From the NCBI GenBank assembly GCA_045643725.1, contig JAZRFQ010000043.1:1677-65676 (forward strand): a DNA stretch of 64,000 nucleotides, written 5' to 3'. This DNA is from Eubacteriales bacterium (GTDB lineage Bacteria; Bacillota; Clostridia; Oscillospirales; CAG-272). This document shows positions 18,548 to 28,108 of the stretch, piece after piece. The position numbers and the translations under genes are program-made. Numbering within the stretch: position 1 is the first letter of the stretch; each line of letters begins with the position of its first letter. The notes under the pieces are model-generated. The model was not told where the DNA came from, ran no database searches, and was given only the letters and a program-made list of their open reading frames with translations.

Positions 18548-18676
18548 ATTCTTGCCAAGGCAAAAACGGCGGCAAAAGTCACTCATAGAGTTGATTTTGC
18601 CACCCTGCTCTGTCGGTTGCAAACAACAGAGCAAAAACACATCCGTCCGCAGAACAAAAAACGAAAGGAGAGAGAA

Positions 18677-18988
18677 ATGAAGTACACGGGAGATCTGGCG
18701 AGGAGAATGTATCTATACTTCGCCGAATATAGCGAGCCGTCAGGCGTGCCGAGCTTTGGAAAATTCGCGAGAGGCATCGGCGTCACCCTTGAGGAGCTTT
18801 CCTCCTACAGAAAAAAGGAGAAGTTCGACAGGGCATGGCGCGAGTGCATCGAAATCAGGAGAGATTATCTCATAGATATGGCACTGACCAAGCGGTTTGA
18901 CTCCTCGTTTGCTAAATTTCTTCTCTCTCTTGAGACAGAAAGCGATTCTGCGGACGGCGAGCTTGCCGTATCGCTGGAGGTGGTCTAG
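18677..18988 (+). CDS. Phage terminase small subunit (HTH type)
   Basis: Reading from the ATG at 18677 (aaaggagag upstream) gives GVPSFGKFARGIGVTLEELSSYRKKEKFDRAWRECIEIRRDYL..FAKFLLS. This matches the P27-type small terminase pattern and sits immediately upstream of TerL. Confidence 0.7.
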   Translation: MKYTGDLARRMYLYFAEYSEPSGVPSFGKFARGIGVTLEELSSYRKKEKFDRAWRECIEIRRDYLIDMALTKRFDSSFAKFLLSLETESDSADGELAVSLEVV

Positions 18989-20346
18989 TGAGGCTGCCGC
19001 TCTCGGTGACGAAAAAACAAAAGCTGTTTATCGATGCAAAGGAGTCCGAGGTTCTCTTCGGTGGGGCAGCAGGCGGAGGAAAGTCCTACGGTCAGGTCGT
19101 GGACGCTCTTCTGTTTGCGCTGAAGTACCCTCGCTCAAAGCAGCTGATACTCAGACGAACCTTCGCCGAGCTTGATAAATCACTCATCCGCACCGCTCTC
19201 GCGGTATATCCCAGGGAGATATTCACTCTCAACGCCTCCTCCCACGTGGGCAGGTTCAAGAATGGCTCGATCCTCGATTTCGGCTATTGCGCGGCCGAAA
19301 ACGACGTCTATCAGTACCAATCGGCCGAGTACGACGTCGTGCGCTTTGACGAGCTGACTCACTTCACCGAGTCGCAATACCTCTACCTCATATCGCGAGT
19401 GAGGGGAGCGAATTCATACCCAAAGCAGATAAAATCCTCGACCAATCCCGGCGGCGTCGGGCACGTGTGGGTAAAGGAGCGCTTTGTGTCGCCATCGGCC
19501 CACGGACGAGCCTTTCTCGGCCGCGACGGACTTGAGAGGATATTTATCCCCTCGCTTCTTGACGACAACGGATTTCTGTGCGCACAGGACCCCTCCTACC
19601 GCGATCGACTTTTGGCTCTGCCGGAGCGGGAGAAGAAGGCTCTGCTCTACGGCGATTGGGACATCTTTGACGGGCAGTATTTCACCGAATTCGATGCGGC
19701 GCGGCACGTTATCTCTGCATTTGAGGTACCGAGGGAGTGGCGCAGATACCGCACTATTGATTACGGACTCGACCGCCTCGCTTGTCTGTGGATCGCCGTG
19801 AGTCCCGACGGTATCGCCTACGTCTACCGCGAATATTGCGAGTCAAATCTCACGATAAGCGCGGCGGCGCGCGCCATCACCGAGAGGACGCCGCCCGGTG
19901 AGAACGTCTATGCAACTCTCGCGCCGCCCGACCTGTGGTCGCGCGGCCAGGAGACGGGAAAAAGCAAGGCGATCCTCTTTGCCGAGGGCGGAGTTGCACT
20001 CACGAAGACCTCGAACGACCGCGAGTGCGGATGGCTGGCGGTAAAGGAGCTTCTCTCGCCCGGCGGGCGAATGCAGATACGCTTCTTCGAGAATTGCCGC
20101 GAGATCATTAAGTGCCTCCCTGCTCTGACGGTTGACAAAACCCGTCCAACCGATTGTGCAAACGAGCCGCACGCCATAACTCACGCGCCCGACGCTCTGC
20201 GCGGATTCGCGATATTCTATGCAAGACCGAGCGAGACACGATGCGAGCCGAAGCGGATCTGGTCTGCCGATATGTGGGAGGACTATATGCAGGCAAGCGA
20301 AGAAGAAAAAATCTATCTAAGACGAAGATACGGAGAACCAAATTGA
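18988..20346 (+). CDS. Phage terminase large subunit
   Basis: Walker A is GGAAGGGKS and the Walker B-like motif is VVRFDELTHF, with a C-terminal nuclease-like half. The GTG start overlaps the terS stop (TAGTG). Length is 452 aa. Confidence 0.9.
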   Translation: MRLPLSVTKKQKLFIDAKESEVLFGGAAGGGKSYGQVVDALLFALKYPRSKQLILRRTFAELDKSLIRTALAVYPREIFTLNASSHVGRFKNGSILDFGYCAAENDVYQYQSAEYDVVRFDELTHFTESQYLYLISRVRGANSYPKQIKSSTNPGGVGHVWVKERFVSPSAHGRAFLGRDGLERIFIPSLLDDNGFLCAQDPSYRDRLLALPEREKKALLYGDWDIFDGQYFTEFDAARHVISAFEVPREWRRYRTIDYGLDRLACLWIAVSPDGIAYVYREYCESNLTISAAARAITERTPPGENVYATLAPPDLWSRGQETGKSKAILFAEGGVALTKTSNDRECGWLAVKELLSPGGRMQIRFFENCREIIKCLPALTVDKTRPTDCANEPHAITHAPDALRGFAIFYARPSETRCEPKRIWSADMWEDYMQASEEEKIYLRRRYGEPN

Positions 20347-22076
20347 AAACCGAAACAACATCAAAAGAATTAAGACTTGAATTCTTCAAGGAGCTGTACG
20401 AAAGAGCGAAGAGCGCCTTTTCGGAAACCGCAGAAGAGTTTGAGCAGCATCTTGAGCAGTATCGCGGCTCAAAGGCCATAGACGGCTCATCCGAGGAGGC
20501 TCTCACGGTGAGAAACGTGACCTACGAGATAATCGAGAGCCAGGTGTCCTCGGAGATCCCGATGCCGAAGGTAGATCCTGCGGCATACAGCACAGTCCGC
20601 GACAAAAACGCCCACACGATCGAGATGCTCTGCACCTCGGTGCGCGACAAGCTTCCCTTTGAGGAGATGAACGACATCGACGAGCGTAACACCTACATAT
20701 TCGGCGGCGGTGTGTGGCTCGTGGAGTGGGATAACTCGCAGACCGTAGGCTCGGAGGTCGGCGGCGTGAAGGTACACGTCATCTCGCCGCGTGATTTCAT
20801 TCCCGAGCCCTGCGTGTGTCACGTAGAGGATATGGAATACTGCTTCATCCGCACTCGCGCCACTCGCGGTGACGTGATGAGAAAATACCGCGTTGCAGAC
20901 GAGGACGCCTCGCTTCTCGAGTGCGAATTCTCGGCGTGGGAGAGCGACTGCGCCGATGACACCGTATCGGTGGTAATATGCTTCTATCGCGGCGAGGGCG
21001 GCGAGGTAGGAAGATTCATCTTCTCGGGTGATATCACCCTCTCGGATCTGCCCGACTACTACAGACGTCGCATCGTGAAATGCCGCAAGTGCGGAAGACC
21101 TGCCACCGACTGCAGATGCGAGGACAAGGATCTCTACGACGAGGGTATCGATACCGAGCGCGTGAGGCTCACGGCCGATCAGCTTGGCAGAATATTCGGC
21201 GGCGCGAGAGTGCACGGCGGCGAGATTTCCGTCCCCTACTATCTGCCGCACAGCTTCCCTATAGTTATAAGGAAGAACACCTCGGCGGACGGCAGACTCT
21301 TCGGTCAGTCGGACTGCGAATACATCCGTCCCGAGCAGCAGGCGATAAACAAGATCGAGTCGAGAATACTCCAAAAGCTCCTGCGCGCAGGAATCACGCC
21401 TATAATCCCCGAGGATGCGACCATCTCGCTCAACAACTCGGTGTTCGGTCAGGTCATAAAGATGAAGCCCGGCGAGAGCGCCGACATGTACGGCAAGGTG
21501 GACACCACACCCGACATCTCGCAGGACGTGACCGAGGCGGACAGACTCTACGATCACACCAAGCGAGTTATGGGTATCTCGGATGCCTTCCAGGGCATTG
21601 ACTCGGCAAAGGGCGAGTCGGGATATGCAAAGCAGTTGAGAATCTCGCAGGCGAGCGGTCGTCTTGAATCCAAAAGACGAATGAAAAAGGCGGCGTACGC
21701 CGAGCTTTATCGCCTTATTTTCGAGCATTATCTCGCTTTCGCAGACGAGCCGAGAAGCCTCTACTCAAAGGACGTGCTCGGCAGAGTGCGTATCGAGGCG
21801 TTTAACCGACACGATTTCATCACTCTTGACGAGAGACGCGGTGAGTGCGTCTATGACGATGCATTTCTCTTCTCATCCGACTCGTCGGGCGAGGAATATC
21901 AGCGCGATGCACTCTGGGAGAGAAATCTCGAGAATCTGCGCTCGGGCTCGCTTGGTGATCCCACCCTGCCGAGAACGCTTTTGCGCTACTGGCAGAGTCA
22001 GGAGAGAGCGCACTATCCTTACGCAAGAGAAAACGTAGAATACTTCCGCGCGCTGATAGGCGAGGAAGCAAATTGA
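20343..22076 (+). CDS. Probable portal protein
   Basis: This 577-aa ORF directly follows TerL. Its TTG start overlaps the TerL stop (ATTGA). The call rests on size and position only. Confidence 0.65.
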   Translation: MKTETTSKELRLEFFKELYERAKSAFSETAEEFEQHLEQYRGSKAIDGSSEEALTVRNVTYEIIESQVSSEIPMPKVDPAAYSTVRDKNAHTIEMLCTSVRDKLPFEEMNDIDERNTYIFGGGVWLVEWDNSQTVGSEVGGVKVHVISPRDFIPEPCVCHVEDMEYCFIRTRATRGDVMRKYRVADEDASLLECEFSAWESDCADDTVSVVICFYRGEGGEVGRFIFSGDITLSDLPDYYRRRIVKCRKCGRPATDCRCEDKDLYDEGIDTERVRLTADQLGRIFGGARVHGGEISVPYYLPHSFPIVIRKNTSADGRLFGQSDCEYIRPEQQAINKIESRILQKLLRAGITPIIPEDATISLNNSVFGQVIKMKPGESADMYGKVDTTPDISQDVTEADRLYDHTKRVMGISDAFQGIDSAKGESGYAKQLRISQASGRLESKRRMKKAAYAELYRLIFEHYLAFADEPRSLYSKDVLGRVRIEAFNRHDFITLDERRGECVYDDAFLFSSDSSGEEYQRDALWERNLENLRSGSLGDPTLPRTLLRYWQSQERAHYPYARENVEYFRALIGEEAN

Positions 22077-22087
22077 AAGGAACGAAA

Positions 22088-22219
22088 ATGAACAAGAAGA
22101 AACCCGATTACAGACACACAGGCCTCGAGAAGATCGCCGCCACGAACCAGAAGAAAGCGGGCGGGCCCAAGGCCGTAAAGAAGGCGGCAAAGCGCGATCT
22201 TCGCGTGAAGGGAGGCTGA
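22088..22219 (+). CDS. Possible 43-aa lysine-rich virion-associated peptide
   Basis: My translation gives MNKKKPDYRHTGLEKIAATNQKKAGGPKAVKKAAKRDLRVKGG. It lies between the portal and scaffold-like genes, 11 nt after the portal stop, and falls below the ORF-track size cutoff. Confidence 0.35.
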   Translation: MNKKKPDYRHTGLEKIAATNQKKAGGPKAVKKAAKRDLRVKGG

Positions 22220-22223
22220 TCCC

Positions 22224-22649
22224 ATGGTGGAAAGCACCGAGATCATAACCGAGGCCCTTGACGAGAAGCTCGCCGAGGACGCAATATGCGAGAGCGCGGA
22301 CGCGGAGGGCGAGGTATATGCCGAAGAGCCTGCGTCCGAATCCCTTGACACGCTCACCGAGCTCTACGAAAGCTATCCCGAGCTTACACCCGAGAGTGCC
22401 GCGGCGATCTGCAATCTCGATAGATACCGCGAGCTTCGCACCCTCGGCTTAAGTGTCGAGGAGGCCTACCGTGCCACCGCAAAGAAGAAGCCTGCCCCCG
22501 ACAACCGCGCTCACCTCTCGGTATCGGTAGGCGGCGGAGGCGTGCCCGCATCTCACGGCATCTCCGAGCCCGAGCTTCGCTCCGCGCGAGAGATATTCTC
22601 GGGTATGAGTGATGCCGAAATCAGACGACTCTATAAAAGAGTCACCTAA
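22224..22649 (+). CDS. Acidic scaffold-like protein (hypothetical)
   Basis: At 141 aa it has a very acidic N-terminal half and a helical C-terminus. It sits upstream of the capsid-like gene and has a GGGAGG RBS. Confidence 0.4.
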   Translation: MVESTEIITEALDEKLAEDAICESADAEGEVYAEEPASESLDTLTELYESYPELTPESAAAICNLDRYRELRTLGLSVEEAYRATAKKKPAPDNRAHLSVSVGGGGVPASHGISEPELRSAREIFSGMSDAEIRRLYKRVT

Positions 22650-22673
22650 AAAACAAGAAAAGAAAGGAACAAT

Positions 22674-23087
22674 ATGTTTAAGCTTATTAAAATTCTTAAC
22701 AAAGGTGTAAACGTACCCGAGCCCGAGTTGCTTCCCTGCGAGACCAACGTTGCTCTTGATGCAGGAAGCTGCGTTGTATACGACAACTCCAGCAATATAA
22801 TCTACGCCTGCGATCACACCTTGCCCCCCACACATATCCTCGTAAAGGACGTAAAAAAGGGCGATGCTTTTGCCCTCTGCTACCGAGTTTCCTCCGAGAT
22901 GATCTTCGAGGTACCGCTCATCGGATCTCCTGCTAACGTTCGCACCGGAATGGACGCAGAATTCATCATCAAGGATGGCCACGGTGCATATGCAATAAGC
23001 GACAATGACGGCGGCGCTGCCATCATCTACAGCCTTGAGGGCGCAAAGAAATCCGGCGACAAGGTGCTCGTCACCTTTAACGTATAA
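22674..23087 (+). CDS. Hypothetical head-associated protein (decoration or accessory candidate)
   Basis: This 137-aa ORF lies between the scaffold-like and capsid-like genes and has a gaaagga RBS. I recognised no motif. Confidence 0.35.
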   Translation: MFKLIKILNKGVNVPEPELLPCETNVALDAGSCVVYDNSSNIIYACDHTLPPTHILVKDVKKGDAFALCYRVSSEMIFEVPLIGSPANVRTGMDAEFIIKDGHGAYAISDNDGGAAIIYSLEGAKKSGDKVLVTFNV

Positions 23088-23119
23088 AAGATCAGCGAAC
23101 AAGAGAAAGGAAGAAAAAA

Positions 23120-24178
23120 ATGATAGTTTATTCTAAATCCTCGGGTCTTAATCCTGCCGCGTGTGGCAGACTTGAGACACCCATCAAGATGATAATCGAG
23201 CACGAGAGTGATCTTCTCACCAAGAAGGGCGGCATCTGCTCCTGGCTCTTCAACGTTGAGAAGAGCGGCAAGTTCGGCGAGACTATTGTCGGTGAAAACG
23301 AGTTCAGCGTCTTCAGCGCCGCCCTTGAGGGCGCAGGCGCGGAGAACGATACCGTTATCGAGACCTACCGCAAGTTCATCGAGCACATTCAGTTCATGAA
23401 GGAGTTTACCATCACCGCAGAGATGATGGAGGACGCACAGTTCGGCGTTGCACAGGATGCAAAGCGCCGTGCAGAGAACTTCACCAGAGCCTACTACAAG
23501 ACCATCAACAAGATCTGCGAGTACGCTCTTATGAACGGCACTCAGGCGAGCGGTACTTTCGCGAGAGCGGCTCTCGATCTCACCGCTCCCGACGGCAAGC
23601 CTCTCTTCTCCTCCGCTCACACCTACGGCACTCCCGATATGAACGGCACACAGTCCAACTACTTCTGGGGTGACATCTTCAAGAGCGGCACACAGGGCGC
23701 ACGCGCCGCATCTGCGGCGGCCTTTGAGGAGGCGCTCAGCGAGCTCTCCATCAAGCTCAGAAATATGAAGGACGAGAACGGCGAGCCTCTCGGCTACACC
23801 GCCGACACCATCATCCTCCCCGGCAACAGAATCGTATCCGAGTCCATCGCAAAGAAGGTCTGCGGCTCCGAGTTCACCCTCGGCTCGGCAAACAACGATA
23901 TCAACCTCTGCTACGGCAACTGGAATATCGTAATCATGCCCAACTGGCAGACCGAGGACGACAGAGTTATGATCATGTCCTCCGAGGCAAACAAGAATCT
24001 TGCAGGTAATATGTTCTTTAACCGTGTTCCTCTCACCGTAACCAACTGGGTGGATCACCACACCGGCAACTACATCTGGAACGGCAGATGCCGCTTTGGC
24101 GTAGGCTTCGGCACATACAAGCACATTCTTCTCGCCGTTGACTCGGAGAGTGCCGTCGGCGGTGCGACTGCACTCTGA
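23120..24178 (+). CDS. Probable major capsid protein
   Basis: The call for this 352-aa ORF rests on its position after the scaffold-like ORF and a strong RBS (gaaaggaag). No signal or TM segment is present. The fold was not verifiable. Confidence 0.6.
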   Translation: MIVYSKSSGLNPAACGRLETPIKMIIEHESDLLTKKGGICSWLFNVEKSGKFGETIVGENEFSVFSAALEGAGAENDTVIETYRKFIEHIQFMKEFTITAEMMEDAQFGVAQDAKRRAENFTRAYYKTINKICEYALMNGTQASGTFARAALDLTAPDGKPLFSSAHTYGTPDMNGTQSNYFWGDIFKSGTQGARAASAAAFEEALSELSIKLRNMKDENGEPLGYTADTIILPGNRIVSESIAKKVCGSEFTLGSANNDINLCYGNWNIVIMPNWQTEDDRVMIMSSEANKNLAGNMFFNRVPLTVTNWVDHHTGNYIWNGRCRFGVGFGTYKHILLAVDSESAVGGATAL

Positions 24179-24220
24179 TACTCCAACACATAAATTCGGG
24201 AAGAAAGGAGATACAGAGCT

Positions 24221-25048
24221 ATGACTCTCTTCGAACTTAAAAAGGAGGTGGAGGCCCTCGGCTTTGAGCCCGGGGCCGACACCGACGCCATATTCATAAG
24301 CGCGGCAAACCGCGCGCTCGCTATGATCTCGGCAGAGCTTCCCACCCTGAAAACCCTGCGCGCACCTGCTTGCCAATACGCACCCTCCTACTACCTTGCA
24401 CAGCTGCATCACGGAGCAGGAGAGAAAATAGAGCTAACCTTATCGGGCAAGGCCTATTCCTGCTATATATCAGGCAAAGGCAAGATCACCGAGATCACAG
24501 GCGGCACAAAGATCACATACAGCTTTGATACTCCACTCACCGAGCGACGCGCCATGTTAAGCGGCGTTGGCAGACTGGTGCTTGAGGGCGACGGAAACTT
24601 TGATCTGATTGATCTGTCTGTGTACGACAAGCTTGTCGGCGACGACGTAAACGGAATCCCCGTAGGACACGACAACAGAATCATCCCCGGCGAGCTTGTA
24701 GACGATTTTGCTGCATTTGCCGACGTTCCGCGCGACAATTACGGAAGGATTATAAGCGGCGCGCGCATTGACGGCGGAGAGATAGTGCTTCCCACGGGAT
24801 ATCGCGGAATCGTAACGGTGCGCTACGAGAGCAAGCCGCAGAAAATAACCGCCGACACTACGGTCATCGACCTGAATGCCGATGCGCTATATCTTCTGCC
24901 TGTTCTGACCGCCTATTTCGTCTGGCTTGCCGACGAGCCGAGGCTCGCAGAGAGCTATCTCGACCTCTATCACAAGCTTATGGCAATAGCCAAGAGAAGA
25001 GCCGGCGCCTGCCCTGCTGAATATACCGACGTGACGAGGTGGAGCTGA
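24221..25048 (+). CDS. Hypothetical virion protein (head-tail adaptor candidate)
   Basis: This 275-aa ORF has helical N- and C-terminal segments flanking a beta-rich insert, and lies between the capsid-like gene and the large tail-like gene. Confidence 0.35.
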   Translation: MTLFELKKEVEALGFEPGADTDAIFISAANRALAMISAELPTLKTLRAPACQYAPSYYLAQLHHGAGEKIELTLSGKAYSCYISGKGKITEITGGTKITYSFDTPLTERRAMLSGVGRLVLEGDGNFDLIDLSVYDKLVGDDVNGIPVGHDNRIIPGELVDDFAAFADVPRDNYGRIISGARIDGGEIVLPTGYRGIVTVRYESKPQKITADTTVIDLNADALYLLPVLTAYFVWLADEPRLAESYLDLYHKLMAIAKRRAGACPAEYTDVTRWS

Positions 25049-27717
25049 TGAGAGAAAATCTTATAAAAAGCGACGCCGAGTACAATCGCATACTCGAAAA
25101 TATGCGCGGCGTGGATTTCTCGGGTAAAAAGAAATCGGTGGACAAGCGATACTCTTATCTTGAGAACATGTACCGCGACTACACCGCGGGCGGCAGTGAT
25201 CTTATTGAGAGCGTGCCCGGTTTTCGCCGCATACACTCGGGAACGCGAATAAACGGTCTTCATCTGCAGGGCACGCCGTCGGCCGACCGCTATCTCGTCA
25301 TAAATGACGACGGAGAGCTCTATCGCTGTAACACAAAGGAGCTCGACTCGCTCGTAAAATTAAGCGGAAATGCTACGATCGACTGCGATGCAAAAAGTCA
25401 CGCCTTCAACTTCAAGGGCAAGCTTTATCTCGGCGACGGTTGTGAGCTGATCGCTGTTGATAAGGACGGCGTATGCTCGCAGGTGGAGGACGGTGCGCCT
25501 AGCGCGCCGCACGTTCCGACGGTCTATCTGAACGGCAAGGAGCACGAGCAGAGAAATCTCCTGACCTCCGCCTTCCGCGAGCAATACAATATTGAGATAC
25601 TCGCTAATTTATCGCGCGGCACACCTACTCTCGTCTATCGAGTAACCGACGAGAAGTCCGCGCTCTGCCACGTCTGCGGTATCCTCGATAACCCTGTCAC
25701 CGTATTTATACCCTCGGTGACGAGAATCGGAGAACGAGAGTACTCCGTTGTCGGTATAGACATGGGTGCGTTCATAGGCAAAGACGGTATCAACACTGTG
25801 TGTATCGGCGACAGCGTCGTCACGATCGGCACATCCGCCTTTTTCGGATGCTCACATCTCACCGCAGTCATATGCGGTAGCGGAGTTACCGGCATACACG
25901 CCTATGCGTTTGCCGGAACCGATCTCGAAGAGATCTACGTTCCCGGTGCGATTAAGCGATTCGGACAAAGCTCGATCCCTTCGAATGCCGTCATTAAATA
26001 CGAGCTGGATGAAGACTCCTACAATCTGATTGAAGGAGCGCCCAACGACAACGTTCTCTATGAGCAGGTAGTCGATATCCTTGATCTCGGCATAAAGCTC
26101 CACTCGAAAACCACCAGCATCGACTCGGTAACTCTTAACGGTCGCGCCATCGAATTCAAAACTCTGCGCGACGAGGACAATTATATATCCGAGATACTGA
26201 TACACGCCGCTAAAAAATCCGAGTGGATCGGTGCAACCCTCTCGATCGTCGGATCGGCCGATACGCGCATCGAGCAGCCCGATGCCAAGATCGGAGGCTT
26301 CACCGCGAGAACGGCTAAGGGGAGCAAAGATTTTACGCAGGCGCTCAGGCTCTGCACACACTCCGCCGTTATCGACGGGCGCGTATTTCTCTGGGGTAAC
26401 CCCGAGTATCCCGGCATTCTCTTCTATTCTCACCGCGAGGATGCGGCGATCGACGGCCTGTATTTCGGTGCGCTCGATTACATAGACGAGGGTGCTAACG
26501 CCGAGATACTGTCGGTGCTCGGCTTCTCGGGCGGCGTTCTCGTTTTCTCTCGAGGCGCAAATGACGGCGAGTGCATTCGTCTTTACACTCCCGCGGCGGC
26601 AGAGGGCGACAACGGGCACACGGTGTTTGAGATTTCCGAGGCTCACCGAGGTAATTATCCTCTCGGTGCGGCGATCAATCAGGGCAACGAGGCGCTCTAC
26701 GTCACAAAGGACGGTCTATCGGCTATCGGCGAGCGATCGCTCTATCGCAGCGGCTCTATCTATCCGCGCTCTACGGCGGTTGCCGCTATGCTTGCGGGAG
26801 AGGATCTTACGAAAGCTACTCTCACCCATTGGTGCGGCTACGTAGTCCTGGCGATCGGGGGCAGAATGTACCTCGCAGACACGCGCGCCATGGACGATTT
26901 CGGCGGAGGAAAGGAATACGAATGGTTCTTCCTCTCCGGTGTCGGCTCATACAGAAACGACTCGCGCGTTTACCGTTATGCGAGCGTGGCTCACGACGGA
27001 TATCTCCTCTCGGACACACCCGATGCTATCGTCTCTGATGAGATATGGAGCGAGGGCAACTCGCGTGGCGAGATCGTTTATTTCGTGAATGGAGAGGAGG
27101 GTAAGACCGAGGTCTATCCCACCGAGGAATACTCGGGTGGCGATTTCTACCCTGCCGAGATCTCACTCGGCTTTGAGGATAAGTTAACCTTCTCTACCGG
27201 ATGCGGCGACGTTTTCGTATTCAACAACGATATGCGCGGCATCGCTCCCGAAAGAATAGCCGCTGACCCCGATTTTGACCCAGTTGAGTACGAAAAGGTA
27301 ATGGGAAAACGCATTCATCCCGATTTCTACGCCTTTCATAATCACTCGCCGAGGTATGCTCTGATCTGTGCCTACGACGACTGCGGCGTGCCGCATCTGC
27401 GAAAAAACACAGTCAAGAGCTCGCTGACCGCAAAGCTCGCAATACTCGGCGGCGGTCGCATCTTCTGCGAGGTTGGGCGTGACGGCAACGGATACCGTCC
27501 CATCGCCTCCGTCGACGGAGCGAGCGACTTCTCGGCTCTGTCCTTCACAGCACCTCCCTTTGCGAGCGGCACAAGCGTGACCATCGCTCTGCCCGAGTGC
27601 GAGCGAGGATGGGTCGAAAAGAGCCTGGCACTCTATTCGGAGGACTTTCGCTCTCCCTTTGGCGTGTACTCTATCTGCTACCGCTACAGGATAAGCGGAA
27701 GAATAAAAAATTCTTAA
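25048..27717 (+). CDS. Large virion protein with an inserted BspA-type leucine-rich-repeat segment (tail, nozzle or receptor-binding candidate)
   Basis: The 889-aa reading from the ATG at 25048 overlaps the upstream stop (TGATG). The LRR_5-like segment reads IPSVTRIGEREYSVVGIDMGAFIG..VCIGDSVVTIGTSAFFGCSHLTAVICGSGVTGIHAYAFAGTDLEEIYVPGAIKRFG. The remainder is beta-rich. Confidence 0.55.
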   Translation: MRENLIKSDAEYNRILENMRGVDFSGKKKSVDKRYSYLENMYRDYTAGGSDLIESVPGFRRIHSGTRINGLHLQGTPSADRYLVINDDGELYRCNTKELDSLVKLSGNATIDCDAKSHAFNFKGKLYLGDGCELIAVDKDGVCSQVEDGAPSAPHVPTVYLNGKEHEQRNLLTSAFREQYNIEILANLSRGTPTLVYRVTDEKSALCHVCGILDNPVTVFIPSVTRIGEREYSVVGIDMGAFIGKDGINTVCIGDSVVTIGTSAFFGCSHLTAVICGSGVTGIHAYAFAGTDLEEIYVPGAIKRFGQSSIPSNAVIKYELDEDSYNLIEGAPNDNVLYEQVVDILDLGIKLHSKTTSIDSVTLNGRAIEFKTLRDEDNYISEILIHAAKKSEWIGATLSIVGSADTRIEQPDAKIGGFTARTAKGSKDFTQALRLCTHSAVIDGRVFLWGNPEYPGILFYSHREDAAIDGLYFGALDYIDEGANAEILSVLGFSGGVLVFSRGANDGECIRLYTPAAAEGDNGHTVFEISEAHRGNYPLGAAINQGNEALYVTKDGLSAIGERSLYRSGSIYPRSTAVAAMLAGEDLTKATLTHWCGYVVLAIGGRMYLADTRAMDDFGGGKEYEWFFLSGVGSYRNDSRVYRYASVAHDGYLLSDTPDAIVSDEIWSEGNSRGEIVYFVNGEEGKTEVYPTEEYSGGDFYPAEISLGFEDKLTFSTGCGDVFVFNNDMRGIAPERIAADPDFDPVEYEKVMGKRIHPDFYAFHNHSPRYALICAYDDCGVPHLRKNTVKSSLTAKLAILGGGRIFCEVGRDGNGYRPIASVDGASDFSALSFTAPPFASGTSVTIALPECERGWVEKSLALYSEDFRSPFGVYSICYRYRISGRIKNS

Positions 27718-27721
27718 TTTC

Positions 27722-28108
27722 ATGAAAGGAATCAAAATGAACGCAACAAGGATCACAGATGAGGAGATCACAGCGTTAAGCGTGGCTTCTCTTCCCACCC
27801 GTCCTACCTCCCCTGCCGCCTTTGGCGGTGGGGGCTACACCGCAAAGGAGATGAAGGCGGCCTTCGACCGTCTTCCGCTTCTTCTCGCCAAGCGATACAA
27901 CTCGCTTCTCGAGGATGCAGAGGCTCTCGGCGAGGGCTCGCTCGCGGCGAGCATCCCGACAGGCATCGCCGAGGGACACACGCTCTCCGACCTCTTTGCC
28001 GACGTGGAAAACGGCAATCTCGCAACCCACCTCACAGTAGGTGATGAGAGTCTGTATTCGGTTATCAACCGCCTGCTCGAGGCGGTATTCGGGGAGGGCG
28101 CAAAGTGA
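27722..28108 (+). CDS. Hypothetical virion protein
   Basis: This ORF is 128 aa, or 123 aa if the ATG at 27737 preceded by aaagga is used. Its stop overlaps the next start (GTGA). Confidence 0.4.
   Translation: MKGIKMNATRITDEEITALSVASLPTRPTSPAAFGGGGYTAKEMKAAFDRLPLLLAKRYNSLLEDAEALGEGSLAASIPTGIAEGHTLSDLFADVENGNLATHLTVGDESLYSVINRLLEAVFGEGAK

Noticed and set aside
20154-20342. N-terminal 63 codons of the tracked portal ORF overlapping TerL
   Set aside because: They lie entirely inside terL in another frame. A TTG at 20343 overlapping the terL stop gives a coupled start. The same logic applies to 18503-18676 (terS), 40769-40912 (mnmE), 38007-38090 (rnpA) and 8967-9128 (mrnC).
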